Assembly (NCBI GenBank): GCA_951406725.2
Contig: OX597824.1
Span: 95,666,001-95,730,000, forward strand
Reading direction: 5' to 3'
Origin: Octopus vulgaris
Lineage: Eukaryota
DNA length: 64,000 bases
The translations under genes were made by a program, and so were the position numbers. Shown piece by piece: positions 25,101-40,100 of the stretch. The notes under the pieces were generated by a model. It saw only the letters and a program-made list of their open reading frames with translations. It ran no database searches and had not been told where the DNA came from. Numbering within the stretch: the first letter of the stretch is position 1; each line of letters opens with the position of its first letter.

Positions 25101-28100
25101 AATTTAATGTTGGATAGACACACTGTGGAATATTATTATTTAGCCATTACATGCAATACAAATTAGAACCAGAGCCACTGGTAACATTAATAAAGAGCTT
25201 TGGAGATTGATCTGAAGCCAAATATTGAATGCTTTCCAGGGGTACTTCAAGGGACTTGAACCCAGGACTGCTAACTAACTAAAGAAGCCTTAATCAGTGT
25301 TTGTGGACTGATTTAATGTGAGCTGCTCCTGGTGACATCTAGGCTGATTGAACCAGCAAAAGTTAAAATCCACCTGTTTTGTTTTGAAAAACAAAATGCT
25401 ACAGCTTTATTACTTTAATAATATCTGCAGTGACTGTTCCATTAAAGACCAACATAGTCACAGAGTGCTTTACTTTGTGTATCATAAATAATTAATTCGA
25501 ATGTTTGTGTTCCATGCTTCTACTTACTCTGCCAATTCTCTTGCCTTGAACAGATTCAGCCTTCATTTTCGAGAAGTAATGGTAGTAGGTGACTACGTAT
25601 GTAATGATGGACTTCTCATCAGGAATCTCAACATTGACATCTGAAAGTGAAGAAAAGAAAGAAAATTACTAACAGGAAAAAATATATCTGTTCAATATTC
25701 AACACAGATTACTATATATGTATGTATGTTTTAAAGTAATGTTTACAAGGATTCAATTTTGTAATGAAAAGTCCTGGTCAGTTCCATTACTGAAGTCAGC
25801 TATAATGCATCTGAGCACTGTAGACAATAAGATTATCATCATCATCAGTAGCAGTAGTATTTAAGAAAATAATTACTGGCTAAAATATTTGGAATACTCA
25901 AAAATCGGAGGATTTTCAATGAGTAGGCACACATTCTACAAAAAAAAGGGGGGAAAAAAACCCCTACAAAACATTTCCTCATGTGGCGCCCCTAATTTTA
26001 GAGTTAAATCTTAGTACAAAATTTTCCCTCTTCATAGTTTTAGCTTTGCCCTGTGTATACGTTAACAATCCAGATTTTTCAGTTAAAATCGAGTACAGAA
26101 CAGCACAACTTATACATGAGTAAATATTGTAAATTAAAATTTACAGTCTGTTTCTCAGGTTACATGTATTAAACAGATTTTCGAGAATTTTTTTAGTCTT
26201 TTAATCCTCCTATTAAACCCCTTGTCTTTGGCTCAAAATTCTTTCTTAAATGCTTCCATATAGCGTTTCATATCTATGCTAGGTCTACTGAAGAAGTTCT
26301 TTGAGTCCAGCATTGCTGATTCTCTCAAAGAAAAGTCAGAGGGTACAATGGTAGGAAACATGGCTATAACAATTCGATAAGCATACTAGCCAAAATAAAT
26401 CAATATAAATATGTAATGATATATTATCTCAAATATTTAATTAACTCAGACCACTTAACATATCTCAATTCTTAAAAAGACAAAAAAAAAAAAATGCTCA
26501 AATATGTAATTATTTTTATTTTGAGCTTCTAAAATTTCTACATAAAACTTTTATAGAATAAATTTTATTTAAAAACAGGAATCAATAAATGTATCTATAT
26601 ACATTCTATATAAGTGAAAATATATAAACAAATATAATTGGATTAGTTTTTTGTAGGATGATACTCTAAATACCACTGCAGTATAATAATGCTGGTATTG
26701 ATTTTAACAGCTTAACTGCTCAACCACATCAGTTGATTATGTTTCTATGTTTACTTTGTGTCGTTTTCAATATAATTTGTAGCATTTAATTTGGATAACA
26801 AAAATCAAAGTTACACAGAGTATTTATTATTTAATGAAATATTACAACCAGTGCAACATTGAAACAAAAAAAAAAAAAAAACGAATTCCATCCTTAATAT
26901 GCTATCTACAAATACTAGGCCCAATGAAATTAATGTACCCTAGTTATGCTTCTATTAGGACAAACAATACATAGCAATAAAGCTTCCCCCATTCTTCGGC
27001 CAGGCCCAATCCTTCAGGTTTCACGGCATCAGTATTACTTCCATTATTAGGCTTTGTCTAGAAGATTGTTACTGACTGCCTTCGTACGTGATATTCACGA
27101 TCAACCTCAGATATCTCATTATGAATAATATATGCATTCATAATCTTATTTAATCGATTTTATACTTATAAAATCTTTGTAAATTATCCATTACTATTGT
27201 AAGTAGTCATGAAATCATTTAGGGGCTCAGTTTGATTTGGTGCACAAGACATTAGAAGAACAAACCTTCAGGATCCAAAAGCTTAGTGATGCCAAGCTTT
27301 TCTTCAGCGACAGTAAACGCATTGTTGAGATTATGCATGGCATTAGATTTCTGAAGTCTGTCATATTGGATAAGGTCAGATCTGGAAGAAAGAACAATAC
27401 AGAGAAACATTAGAGAAGGTCTCGTAGAGAAACAGAAAAATAAGATATTTATAAGCAGTGTTTTGTAGATAGTAAAACTTTTGATAGAGAAAAGTATGCA
27501 GAGACTTAGTCATTTATGCTAATGATTTGAACTAGCAATTTATCTGCTATTTAGGATGGACGCTTGTTTTGCTGAGGGTACTCCGTCTCTGAATGCAGGA
27601 GAAGCTGCTCTTTAGCTGTTTCAGCACCTTCCACTTACACTAAAGCTTTCAGGGGAGTGGGCCGCTATGCACTGATGTAGGTAGTCTTGCACAACAGTAT
27701 GAACTTTGTTGAGTCAAACGTTGTGACTCTGGGCCTGATGTTTCTGTCACCCTTGATGGTCAATGTTGCTGCACCACTTGTCCTCCTTCCCTCTCTCCCT
27801 GAGGTTTCTGACATCTTTTCTTTCCCTCTCAGCCAGTCAACGACCAGTGTTACACTTTTTGTTTTTTAAACATTACTTTTACTTGGCATAAATAACATTC
27901 ATTTCCAGAGGGACACCATCAACAACTTAGCAAAAAGAACTGAACCTATTTTCTTTAACATTTAGGAGTTCAAACTTCTAGTTACCTGTGTTTGTGAATG
28001 ATGGCATTAAAAGCTAAACCATCTCTCCAGCTGGTAGTGAAATTTCTGACATTGACATTAGGGTAGCCAGCAGTTTTCATCTGGCACCAAAGCAAGAGTG

Positions 28101-31100
28101 CGTCTTTAGCAGATTTGGTTTCACTATTTTCTGTCTCTTCAATGATATCTTGGATCTGAAAAACAGGAAACCAAAAAGGCGTTAATCAAACAAACTCAAA
28201 AAATAATTACTTTTATATAAGTCAACAATTAAAAATTACAAAATAGAAAAAGAATACTTTGTAATTAAAATAGATACATAAAAGATGTAGGTTTACCAAC
28301 CTGGAAGCGAAGAATAATGGTCCATATAAGACCAAGAGTAAGTCTAGCACTGCCATCAACTATGTCATGAGCACCCATGTTTTCAAGATGGACTTTTTGT
28401 TCATGCAGGAATGTCAATGCTTTATCTACATTTTCCAGGCAATGAATCCTCATTTTCCCTTTTGTTGGCCGAGGCTGAAAAAAACAGAGAAAAAATATAA
28501 TTAAGCATTATTACTCAAGTGTAGTAAAATGATAACAAAGTACCATACAGAGTACTGGTCTCTCAATATAATCAACCTTGAAGACAGTCTCCCAAAATGG
28601 TCACAATGCAAAAAGACTGAAGCCAGAAGAAAATTAGATCAATAGGAACTTAATTATGTCTGAATGGAGAAGCGGTTGAGTGACGAATAGTAATGTTTCG
28701 TCCACATTTGTTTTTGTTACTTTTTGAAAGATTTTAATTTATGCTAGAAATATATTTAATGCAAAATAATTAATTTTGCATGCTAAAAGATTTTAGCATC
28801 TTTCCAAGAAATAAGAAAGTTGAATATTTCCTTCAGTAAATTAAAAGCATACATTTTAAACAGGTGCAACTATGGCCATGTGGTTAAGAAGTTCGCTCCA
28901 TGACTAGGCTTTTTTCAGGTTCAATTCCACTGCATAACACCTATGGCAAGTGTCTTCTACCATATCAGATGACAAATACCTATTGCATGCATGCACATGC
29001 ATTATGTGGGCTACATGTTTTGCCTTGGTATATCAGCAGAAAATATAAACATTGGCCAAAAACCAGTGACATTCAATTGGTCAACAGGAAACCTGCAACA
29101 AATTCTTGTTCAGGTTTGTAAGAGAAAACAAAGTAACAGTAAAAGCCCTGAATATATAAATAACAACAGCTAATGTTTCGTCCACATTTGTTTTTGTTAC
29201 TTTTTGGAGTCCATTGTGAGCCAGATAAATTTTCTCTGTAAACAAAAAAACTATTACATGATAAAAGTTTCAAAATTCAATCCAGTCTGTAAGCATCCAG
29301 AATAAATTTAAATTTTCTATGTATGTATATACAAAATGAGACCAACCAATGTAGTAAAGTCACCTTGTAAGAGTCAAGGTTTAATGGCAATGTATCATCG
29401 CTATAGACTAATAGCTAAAATTGTAAAGAAATAGAAAACCATGATAGATTGTTAGCTACGACACACATTTTTTTCTCTCCTTGCTTTTTTTTCTGTGTCC
29501 CTTTCTGTAGAAGAGAGTAGGCTCGAAACGTAAAAGACTTTCTATTCCTGAGTGCGTTATACTAATACATCTGTTTGTTTTCTACACCACCTGTCTTCGT
29601 CTTTTGTTTTTTTCGTAAACTCTCCCTATATATATATATATATATCATCATCATCATCATCATTTAGCGTCCGTTTTCCATGCTAGCATGGGTTGGACGG
29701 TTCAACTGGGGTCTGGGGAGCCCGAAGGCTGCACCAGGCCAGTCAGATCTGGCAGTGTTTCTACAGCTGGATGCCCTTCCTAACGCCAACCACTCCGAGA
29801 GTGTAGTGGGTGATTTTATGTGCCACCGACACAGGTGCCAGACGAGGCTGGCGAACGGCCACGCTCGGATGGTGTTTTTATGTGCCACCGACACAGGTGC
29901 CAGACGAGGCTGGCAGACGGCCACGCTCGGATGGTGTTTTTATGTGCCACCGACACAGGTGCCAGATGAGGCTGGCGGACGGCCACGATCGGATGGTGTT
30001 TGTTACGTCCCCAAAGCACGGAGGCCAGTCTATGCGGTACTGGCTACGGCCACATTCGGATGATTTTCTTGTGTGCCACCGGCACTGGTACCACAAAGAT
30101 ACAAATTCCATTGATGTTCATCTATTTTGATTTGTTTTGATTTGATTTGATTTGATTTTCACTTGCCTCAACAGGTCTTCACAAGTGTCACAAGAAGGAA
30201 GGTATGCACAGGTGGACTGACTACGTCCCAGGTAGGGGCCACGGGTTATGGCCTGACTAGTCTTGCCGGGTCTTCGGATGGTGTTTTTATGTGCCACCGA
30301 CACAGGTGCCAGATGAGGCTGGCGAACGGCCACGATCGGATGGTGTTTGTTGCGTGCCCACAGCACGGAGGCCAGTCGATGCGGTACTGGCTACGGCCAC
30401 GTTCGGATGGTTTTCTTGTGTGCCACCGGCACTGGTACCACAAGATACAAATTCCATTATATATATATATATATATATATCTGGCACCATGTAAAAAAAA
30501 AAATCCAGTATGCATTGTAAAGTGATTGCTATTAGGAAGGGCATCCAGATGTAGAAAACAGACAATTGGAGCCTGGTGCAGCTCTCAGGTTTGCTAGCGC
30601 CTGTCAAACCGTCTAACCCATGCCAGCATGAAGAACACATGTTAAATGATGAACTAAATTGTATAGATAATTTATGAACCCTACAATATTTATTGCTTCA
30701 CTGAACGGCCAACCATACATTACTTTCAACTCATGCCTGCTATTGTGATTCTTATAACCAGGAATATTAGTAAATTATATTTTATTTAAAAGCTTAACAT
30801 CTAATTTTTTTTTAGTTTTTTAAATTGTATTCTTTTTTATTCAAGGCACAAGGCCCCCAATTTTTGTTTGGTGGGGAGGCAGTCAATTAGATCGATCCCA
30901 GTGTGCAACTGGTACTTAATTTATCGACCCTGAAAGGCTGAAAGACAAAGTCAACTCTGTGGAATTTGAACTCAGAACGTAAAGGCAGATGAAATACTGC
31001 TAAGCATTTAGCCCGGCGTGCTAACGTTTTTGCCAGTTCGCTGCCTTAAAAACCATATTATTTTAAAAGTAGAGTGGTTGAATATTTTCAGTTTCTATTA

Positions 31101-34100
31101 GCTGTTTTTAAACATTGTTAAAACAATTTTAAAGGACTGCAGATTTTACTGTATATTATACAAATTATAATCACAAACAAACTGAAACTTTATACTCATG
31201 TTTTGAGATTTATTTTCCTGTTTGTGTCCTCAGACCAATATTGACTAATTAATTTGAGAATGCGTATGTGAGCCTGCACATAAGTGCATAGATAAGAGTG
31301 TAATTACGTATAGTGTTTTGCACAAATACTGTATTGCATACTTCAGAGATGTTGGTATTTAATTCCGTTACAATAATACGGGAAATGTAAACATGAAGAG
31401 TGAAATTCTCATTATTACAATTAGGCTCTTGGAAACGGTTATATTGCTCTTATCCAGTAGATCTTGTTTAAAGAGAGATACCACTTCGTAACTCAATGAT
31501 TAATTAGAATGAAGCCTTATCATTCATTTGAAATGGAAAGAGATTGAATGAAACTAAATTTACAACACAATTCAAGTCAATGTTAAACAAACAACTTTCT
31601 GAATTCACCTCAAATACTAAAAATGTTTCCAAATCAATTTTGCCAAATTTCTAGAATAAAAATTGTAGCTGTGTTATACACGAACCTATTTAACCTATTT
31701 ACAAACTGAAAACAAATCATTAAAATCAACTATGGGTAATCTAAAGGAAAAAAGACAAATAATAGTGAACAGATGTTGAAAAACTCAATTTGTATAAACT
31801 ATTATTATTATTATTATATAATAATCTTTGTCATAATCTAAAGAATTTGCCACAAACACTGGCATAGTGAACGTAATTCAATTGTGGATACGATTGTAAA
31901 TTGAAATTAGTCTGCTGTAAAGAATTTTGCCAACAAATTTCTATTGAATATTGTTCGTAAATAAAATTATAAATATGGAAGAGATTACATTGTATTGAAA
32001 TTGAAATAGAACTAAAAGCAAATAAAATTAATCATCAAAACACTAATATATATTACGCACGCAAATGGCCTATAAAAAACATCAGCTACACTCTTTAAGC
32101 TACAAAATCCAGACAGAAAATCCATTCCTTTAAGTTCTTGTTAACTCTATTTTTACATAAATAAAATTATGCAGATATGCATTGACCAAGGTATGTTCAG
32201 AACGAGCATGGGCTAAATCAATCTCACTGATATCTGGGAGGTCCTAACTTATCTTGTCCCCACTCTCTCTCTGTCTCTCATATAAAGAGCAAAAAAATTC
32301 CTTTGACATAAGTCTGTCTAAATTAGTAAAAAAGGAGTGCATTTATCTTAGAAACTTTCTGATCCACAATGACTTGCACCTTATTTGATGAAGCTCAATC
32401 AATCATCATCTCTAATGAACATTTTAACCTCCCTCCAGTAGCAGTGAAGTAAAAAGAAATGCACAACCAACCATGGTCCAACGGCCGTTTCAGTGTCGAA
32501 CCATTTGGAACTTCAAATACGGATTCAATACTCTTTCTGAGCCAGAAAGGGTATTTCTGAAGTCAATCAACTATCCAGTGCAAGTGACAAACCTTCAGAT
32601 TCAACGATAGAAGTGCATTGGCGCCTCAATCCCATCATCATCTCGTAAAGTTATGAAAAAAATATCAATATGGCTGTGTAGTTAAGAAAGCTTACATTAC
32701 AACCGTGTGTTTTGGGTTCAATGCCACTGCAGAGCATCTTTGGCAAGTGTCTTGTACTATAAAGCCTTGTACTGACCAATGCCTTGTGGGTGAACTTTGT
32801 AGATAGAAACTGTGTGGATGACTGTGTATCGCGTGATTGACCAAATTATTAGATGTTATACATCACTGGTCACAATGCACATTTTTTTGCATTGGGCTTA
32901 GCTTTCAAATGATGTCACCCTACTGGCTAGGTCAGCAGGCTATATACATATATATATATATATTTATAAAGTTAATCCAAACAAGAAAGCACAAAAAAAC
33001 ACAACAACGCGAGGACGTGGAACAAATATAGTATTATTGGACGCTCAGAAAAGAAAGAAAAATCCAGAGAAGGGAAGACAGAGGGAAAAAAAAATCGCCA
33101 ACGGTACGCATGCGGTCCACCTACGTGTGTGTGTGTCTGTTTGCCCCACAACTTGACAACCAGTGTTGGTTTGTTTATGTCCTCTAAGTTAGCAGTTTGA
33201 CAAAAGAGACCCTGATAGATAGCACAAGATAAAAAAAAAAAGCTCTGGAGTTAATCTGTGCCACAAAACCCTTCAAGGTTGACCCAATGACTAGAGTCAT
33301 TTAATCGAAATAGCAACTTCAAGACCAGGACTCAAAATGATTCATTACTGAATGGTCCATTTTCATATAATTTTGACAGGTACACTACTGCTAAAACTAA
33401 TCAAATGTTTATACCCCATGGCCATTTACCTGTTGCTAGTGTTGTAAGAACAAAAAATAAACTCCCAGAAAGCTGACTTTTGTTTTGGCTGCATTAACTT
33501 AGCGGTCAAACTGAGGTAAATGTATCCAAAACCTTGTCACACCTCTCTAAGAGGTGTGCAAAAGATCGGCTCAAGTATGAGACAGAAACTGCATAGTTGA
33601 GATCTGTGATCCTTGGCTCTCAGTTGATAAAGAGGCTAAGAACACAATATGAGCAGAAGACAAAAAAGTCAGTTAATTTCACAGAGGAATGTAACTGACC
33701 AAAAAGTGAACTGCCAAATGCCATTTCTAGATCCCCAATCGCTTGCTTAAGTATTGGTCTAAAATGCCTGCTGAGGTTGGGTTGTATAGAATAGATTAGT
33801 AACTAGAGTTATAGAAAGGAGGAGGGTTAACTAATAGAACATTTATACTATTTAGTTCTTTTTTGGTTTAGCAAGAAAATGTTGGCAGGACTGGCGTTTT
33901 CAACTTCTAGATTAATATAATTGAAACGATTAGTTTACTGTTTAGACCAAGGTCAGTCCTGATCAAGCTGATCTATGATCAAAAGCAATCCAGCTGTGGC
34001 CATCTTGTCTTTTTAGAGGTATTCAGGACATTATCTAATACTGTTAAGGTTCATGGCTGAGTGGTAAGGACATTTGGCTCATGATCGTAAGGTCGGGAGT

Positions 34101-37100
34101 TTGATTCTTGGCATCACATGGTGACCTTGAGCAAGACACTTTATTTCATTTTGCTCCAGTCCACTCGGCTGGCAAGAGTGAGTAGTACCAGTAATTCAAA
34201 GGGGGCAGCCATGTCACATTCTGTGTCATGCTGAATCTTCCTGAGAATTACATTAAGGGTATGTGTGTCTGTGGAGTGCCAAACCACTTGCACAATAATG
34301 TCAAGAGCTGGCCATTGCATTGATGGGATCAACTGAAACCCTCATCATAACTTATGGAGTGCCAGTTATTATCTGATATGATTTGAGGGTGATTTGGCTG
34401 TTATTTGTAGCAAGGAAGCAACTACACAGGAACTCTCATGGATTAGTAACATATAATAGTTAAGGTGGCTTCAATCAGTTTTACATCACCACCTCAAAAT
34501 TGGCTTAAGAACAATAAAACTAGAAGAGGAAGTAATTTCTTAATCAAGATACCAATTTCATAATACCTAATAATGGTTAAAAGGATGCCAATGCAGAGAA
34601 AACAGCCAAGATTTTAATACAAATGAATGAGATTAGGAAGTCAATGTATAAAGACTGCAAATATCAAACTAAGAATTTGTTAACATTGTCAGGAGTTGTT
34701 TAAGAAGTGTTGGTTCTGTAAATTAAAGTCTACAATTGTTTGAATAAGATTAATTTTAATTAAGAAAACAGTTAAAAATAGCATTCAATATTATTAAGAA
34801 CAAATATTTTGTATATATGTGTATACACTGCTTCAGCCTTACTACCAGCCAAATTGTTATTCGTAAGCCCAATAAAGTACATAAACATGAAATTGTCAGG
34901 TCAGACCCAATTTTGTGGTTTGAGGTTTAATTTGAGGGATGTTCTGAAGTTGACACAACTGGCTGACATCTGGAATTAGCTGGTTACTAAAAGGGGAAAC
35001 TGTGATGAGATAATATATTGAAGAGAAAAACAGTGTCCCTAAGGAGTTAAAGAAAAAAAAAAATACATAGTTGTGTGAGGTAAATCTGTCATTTACTAAG
35101 GGATGGGCCTTAGTGACATTTCACTCACCCAACTAAACGTTAAATGTTTCATATATTTTATGTGGTATTAAGTAAATGTAAATATGCCCTCAGAGACTGG
35201 AGATATGAATGTGTTCCTTTTAAGAAGTGTTACAGCACAAATGTGTATTTTTCATGCTATAAAGTGTTAAAGTTCAGCAATAATTGACACTCCTACTTAA
35301 TAATGATAACAAAAGTCTAACTTCTTGTTAAATGTGAATTTCTACCCTATATACCTAGGAGCTATAACTTGTTGGAAAACAATTAAGAAATTATTTCTTC
35401 TGCTAAGTAACACGTCAACAGGCAAGAATAGTTAAGTGTTGTGCGTGTGCAAGAGAGGGTGGGGGTTAAAACAACTCCCTGGGCTGAACTTAGGCTTCAG
35501 ACTGCCTTAAATTGCTAACATCCTATAATAAACAAAAATGGAAAATACAAACATTGATGTAGAAGCAAATTGAATGGAAGATGCTGACGTTATACACCAA
35601 GCACCATTTTTTTTTTGTCCCATCATGTGGGGCAATAATAACACATGGCCTTTGTAGGTTCTCACCAACTGATGAGGTTCCTGTTGTGTGCCATGTCAGC
35701 TCTGATCAGAACAATTGACTATAGGCATTTCAGCTGTGGCCACCCTGACTTTCTTGTAAAACTATAATAACCAATGTATAATTTTTTTTTTTATGATACT
35801 GTAAAATATTATTTACAGATTTATTTGTTGATTCCAGCTGGTCAGGTGACTATGCAGAAGTCCTCTTGTTAAATCATGACTAACAAATTAGATGGTGACT
35901 TGTAACTTCTGTAGGAAAATTTGAGCAGAGACAATTGCAGTCTGGAATTTTGCAATATTTGAAGAAGACCCTGAGCAAATAGTTTTAGGGACAACATCTG
36001 ATACACAACACTATGACAAAATACCCAAATCAATCAGACTCGAGAACAAAAAGCTTACTTCAGCTTTGAAATCTAAACATCTTTGGAATCTAAACATATT
36101 TCATATATTCTATTGAAAAGTGTAAAATTGCTGACTTGAAACAAATTGGTAGAGTCAATTCTGGACTTTACTTGAAGTAAATCTCCAAGCATGCTGGAGA
36201 TTCATCTTGATTTATCTTGATTCATCCTATTGACAAGTCGGAAAATAAATGCTCACCAAATATAGACTCGCTTAAACGAAATTAGCTTTCTGCCCTTGTA
36301 TAAAAGAAATTGTTAAGCAATATTTTTTTTTTATGTTATTGACAAGAAAGTATACAAAGTGCATTTGTCAACATAGTTTAAAAATAAAGGAATTAAAACA
36401 CAAATGCACAGATACCTTTATAAATATCCTTCATACAAGAAACCTTTTTGTAATACAACATTGGCCATGAAATTAATATATTACATTAGAACATCTAACA
36501 CAAAATGTAAGCTACCAAATACAAACTAACTTTCATTACAAATACTTCAAACAAAATGGAAGTTTCCAACATTACAATACTACCTGCTACAATACAATAC
36601 TGTTTGTTAGGGGGAAAAAACTATGCACCTTCAAAAAGGGGACAAGAAAGTATTGATAAAATCTTGAAAAATAAGGAGAAAGCACTCTAAAAATAATTTT
36701 TCTAATTAAATTTTTTTCTTTTTTATTAGCCAATAAAATACCTCATATAGAAATAGCCATTTATAACTTTACAAGATATCACAGCATTTTTACAAAGGTA
36801 ATATGATTGGACCGACAGTTCAATAGTATATGCATGCAAAAATACTATTCTCAACCATGGGCTAAGCTAGCAGTTTAACTGTAAAGATATATAAGGTTAT
36901 TTGCAAGGTTTACAAGTGGTACAAAGAACACGAACATCAAGGAAAATAAGATGAGTCAAAAGCTAACAGATCTGTTTATGAAGCCAGCAAGAAGTCTTGG
37001 TTCAGAAGAATTGTAGAGGATCGAAACTCTGAAGAGGAAGTTTGGATGAAACATAGACGTGGCCAACACTGAAGTACTAAGCAGCAACAACATGGAAGTA

Positions 37101-40100
37101 TCAGGGAAATGGCCTAGCAAGGCTGTTCTTTTTATCTTTTATTTGTTTCAGCTACTGCACTGTGGCCATGCTGGAGCACTATCTTGATGGGTTTAGTTGA
37201 GCAAATCGATCAGCCCCAGTACAATCTTTTCTTTGTAAAGTCTGGTACCCATTCTATTAGTCTCCTTTGTTGAGCTACTGAGAGGACATAAACCAACCAA
37301 CACTAGTTGTCAGACTAAGGAAAGACCAACACACACACAATGGGTTTCCACAGTTTCCATCGACCAAGTTCACTCACAAAGTACTGGTTGGCCCAAGGCT
37401 ATAGAAGACACTTGCCCAAGAGTGGGAGTGAACTTGAAACCATATGCTTACAAAGTAAACCTCTTAACCACACAGCTATACCTAACCATTTCAGCATTAG
37501 TGGAAGCAATATTTTGAAACTAGAATGTTATATGATGAGTAGCCCTACAAGTAGTATATTTCTGCCACCAAAGCTAATATCAGGAACTATGGCAATAACA
37601 CCAAAGTAAATTGACTTCTATCAAATATCTTGGTCTTGTACAAAATGAATAAGTCTCCCCCCACCCAAAAAAACACAATTACCTTCAAATTAAATAAAAC
37701 AAATTTCTCATTTGTATATTTGCAATTAATAGATGTTATTTTTCTAAATTTTATTAAGATAATCGCAATCTATTCCATAGAAAACCCATCTCTGCAAAAT
37801 TTCAATAAGAACTATTGTCCTTTTCACAAAGTTATCATTGCCTGCCATCAAGTTTGTATGTGCACTCACATTGCACCTTTTATATTAACTGTTGCTTTTT
37901 TTTTTTACTTCCTCTCTTCTCAGTATCATGTAGAACATGACTGAAGCATTCACCAACCAACCAACCAACCAACCAACATTTATATTGGCTATTATTACTA
38001 TTTGCCATCAAAGTGACACTGGGGTAAAATATACGAAACCCAGTATAACCATCATGGCTACCTTTTTGATAAGGGTATACATTAGGCACATGCATCACAA
38101 CGTGTTGTGACATGGTGATCTCATATCAAGACAAACAGCGCATGACCTTGCAGGTGGGGGCTCAGAGTTTTCTTCAGGTCGAGTAACCCATCCCACTCAA
38201 ATGGTCTCTGAATAATGGTCGCTTAAAGATGTTGAACAAAACACCCATGTTTCTGGAGATGAATTATTCAAACACATGGCTATGATGCTCCCCCACTACT
38301 TCTGCTTGTGATCAGAGATGCATATATCATCAGCCACCAAGAGACATGCTCAGCTGGTTACGGTCAAACAACGGACATGCAAATCTGTGGTACTGAGCAG
38401 AATATTTACTGTAGCCCATACCAAAACAAAACAATGTATATAATAACACTTCCAATCAGTTCAGATGAGAAGCCATGAGAGCCACTGCCTGGTACTGCAT
38501 CAGGGCATTTATTACTATTATTATTATCATTATTATTAGTGATAATAATTAAAAATGAATAACTATAAGATCTACTGAGCAATAAGAAAATGATTAAAAT
38601 GGTAGCACTGCTTCCGTTTTCCTGAGAGGCTCATAAAAAACTAACTTTTTTTTATTAAATTGCTTCCTTCTCATGGTCAAGTTCATAATCCAGTTCAGGT
38701 AGCATGCACATGACTTCTATTAATGTAATTTACATAAATTTATTTCTTTGGCAATTTTAGGGAAAAATTGCTATGATATAAAATTTAGCTAAATTTTTAT
38801 CCTATCACACAGAAGAAAATATTTGTAAATCACTTATTTGAAGTAGCTCACAGCATAGACGTTACTCTAAGAATAAGGCTAAAACTGCATTTAAAAGAGT
38901 GAAAAAGATTTTCACCTCAAAAGACAAACTAGTAAACTTATTTTTTGTCTATTGTCTTCTACAGAGCAGAAACTTTTGACAATATACAGAGCAATGGAAA
39001 GGATGATAGATGCCTCAAAGATGGGGGATGACAAATGTTTGTGATACTACAAAAGCTGAGAATCCAAAGACACCTAGTGTCAAGAATCAAGTCCTTAAAG
39101 ATATCAGATTTTAGACATGCAATGCAATAACAGTCGTTGCCCAAGACCATCCTGATAGGAACTGTTGAGGGGGAAGACTGCAAGTGACTGTCAAAGATGT
39201 TTGTGGATTGATGACATCCAAAGAAATGGATTAGAAACAAAAGCCTGGCTGACTATGCATACAGCACAACAGAGAGGGGACTGGGTGTTGATAAGCTGAC
39301 CCCTGGACACGGGGAGGGCACTTTGGCTGATGATGAACTTAAAGCAATGTATTCATCAAAAGAATAGTTTCTCATTTATACAGTTTGCATAAATCTCAGA
39401 TTTAGTTACCATTCCTCAAATACTAAGGTAATGTTTCAGTCTAGGTCTAATAAAATCTTCTGTGGCTAAAACTGTGTCACTCAGTGAAAGCATTTTCGAG
39501 AATTTATTAATTCAGTAAAACTCAAATCCTTTCCTCCTTGGCTTGCAGAACATCTCGTTAATGAAAACAAAAACACAAATGAATCGGTAATCTGTCGTCC
39601 TACCTCTCGGCAATAGATTCTGATGAGTAGTCATTTGTATGAAAAAGTAATGCAAGTAATTTAGAATGGGGTTACTAAGAAAGAAGTGTATCGCTTATTG
39701 TGACTGACTCCCTTTTTTCAAACAGGCAGCATTAAACAGATGACTCAAAAAATAAAAGTGAAAAGAAAAAAAGTTCCATTAAGCTTTTCTGAATAGGAAA
39801 TATGTTAATATTTTTATTACTGAAACGGCACAATTTTCCAAAGTGTCTACATTCCAAGAGTTAATATTCATTCAAGACAATGGAAGTAAATCTAAAACTA
39901 TCTTCTGCCTGATGCTGTCTTACAACAATTCCTGCATTATCAGTGAATATCAAATGTCATGTGTGAAATAGTCATTATTAATCGCCAAACTCTCACATAC
40001 TGATGACAAATTTTCTTTCTTTTTTTTTTTTTTTGAAAATTCTTTTGTATTAGAAAATCAAGATATTAATACTTTTAGAAAACTTGAGAATAGAAGGAAG

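Noticed and set aside
27550-27870. GC-richer block in intron 4 as an extra exon
   Set aside because: No compatible splice sites or spectrin similarity, and CH2 is complete without it; probably a repeat remnant
29812-30460. CRISPR-like array
   Set aside because: Head-to-tail units without unique spacers, in a eukaryotic retroelement context
35880-36260. Mariner transposase remnant
   Set aside because: Only a faint motif resemblance; too decayed to support
39575-39660. Hammerhead ribozyme (ctgatga...gaaa with a plausible stem I)
   Set aside because: Stem II is weak and no stem III can form
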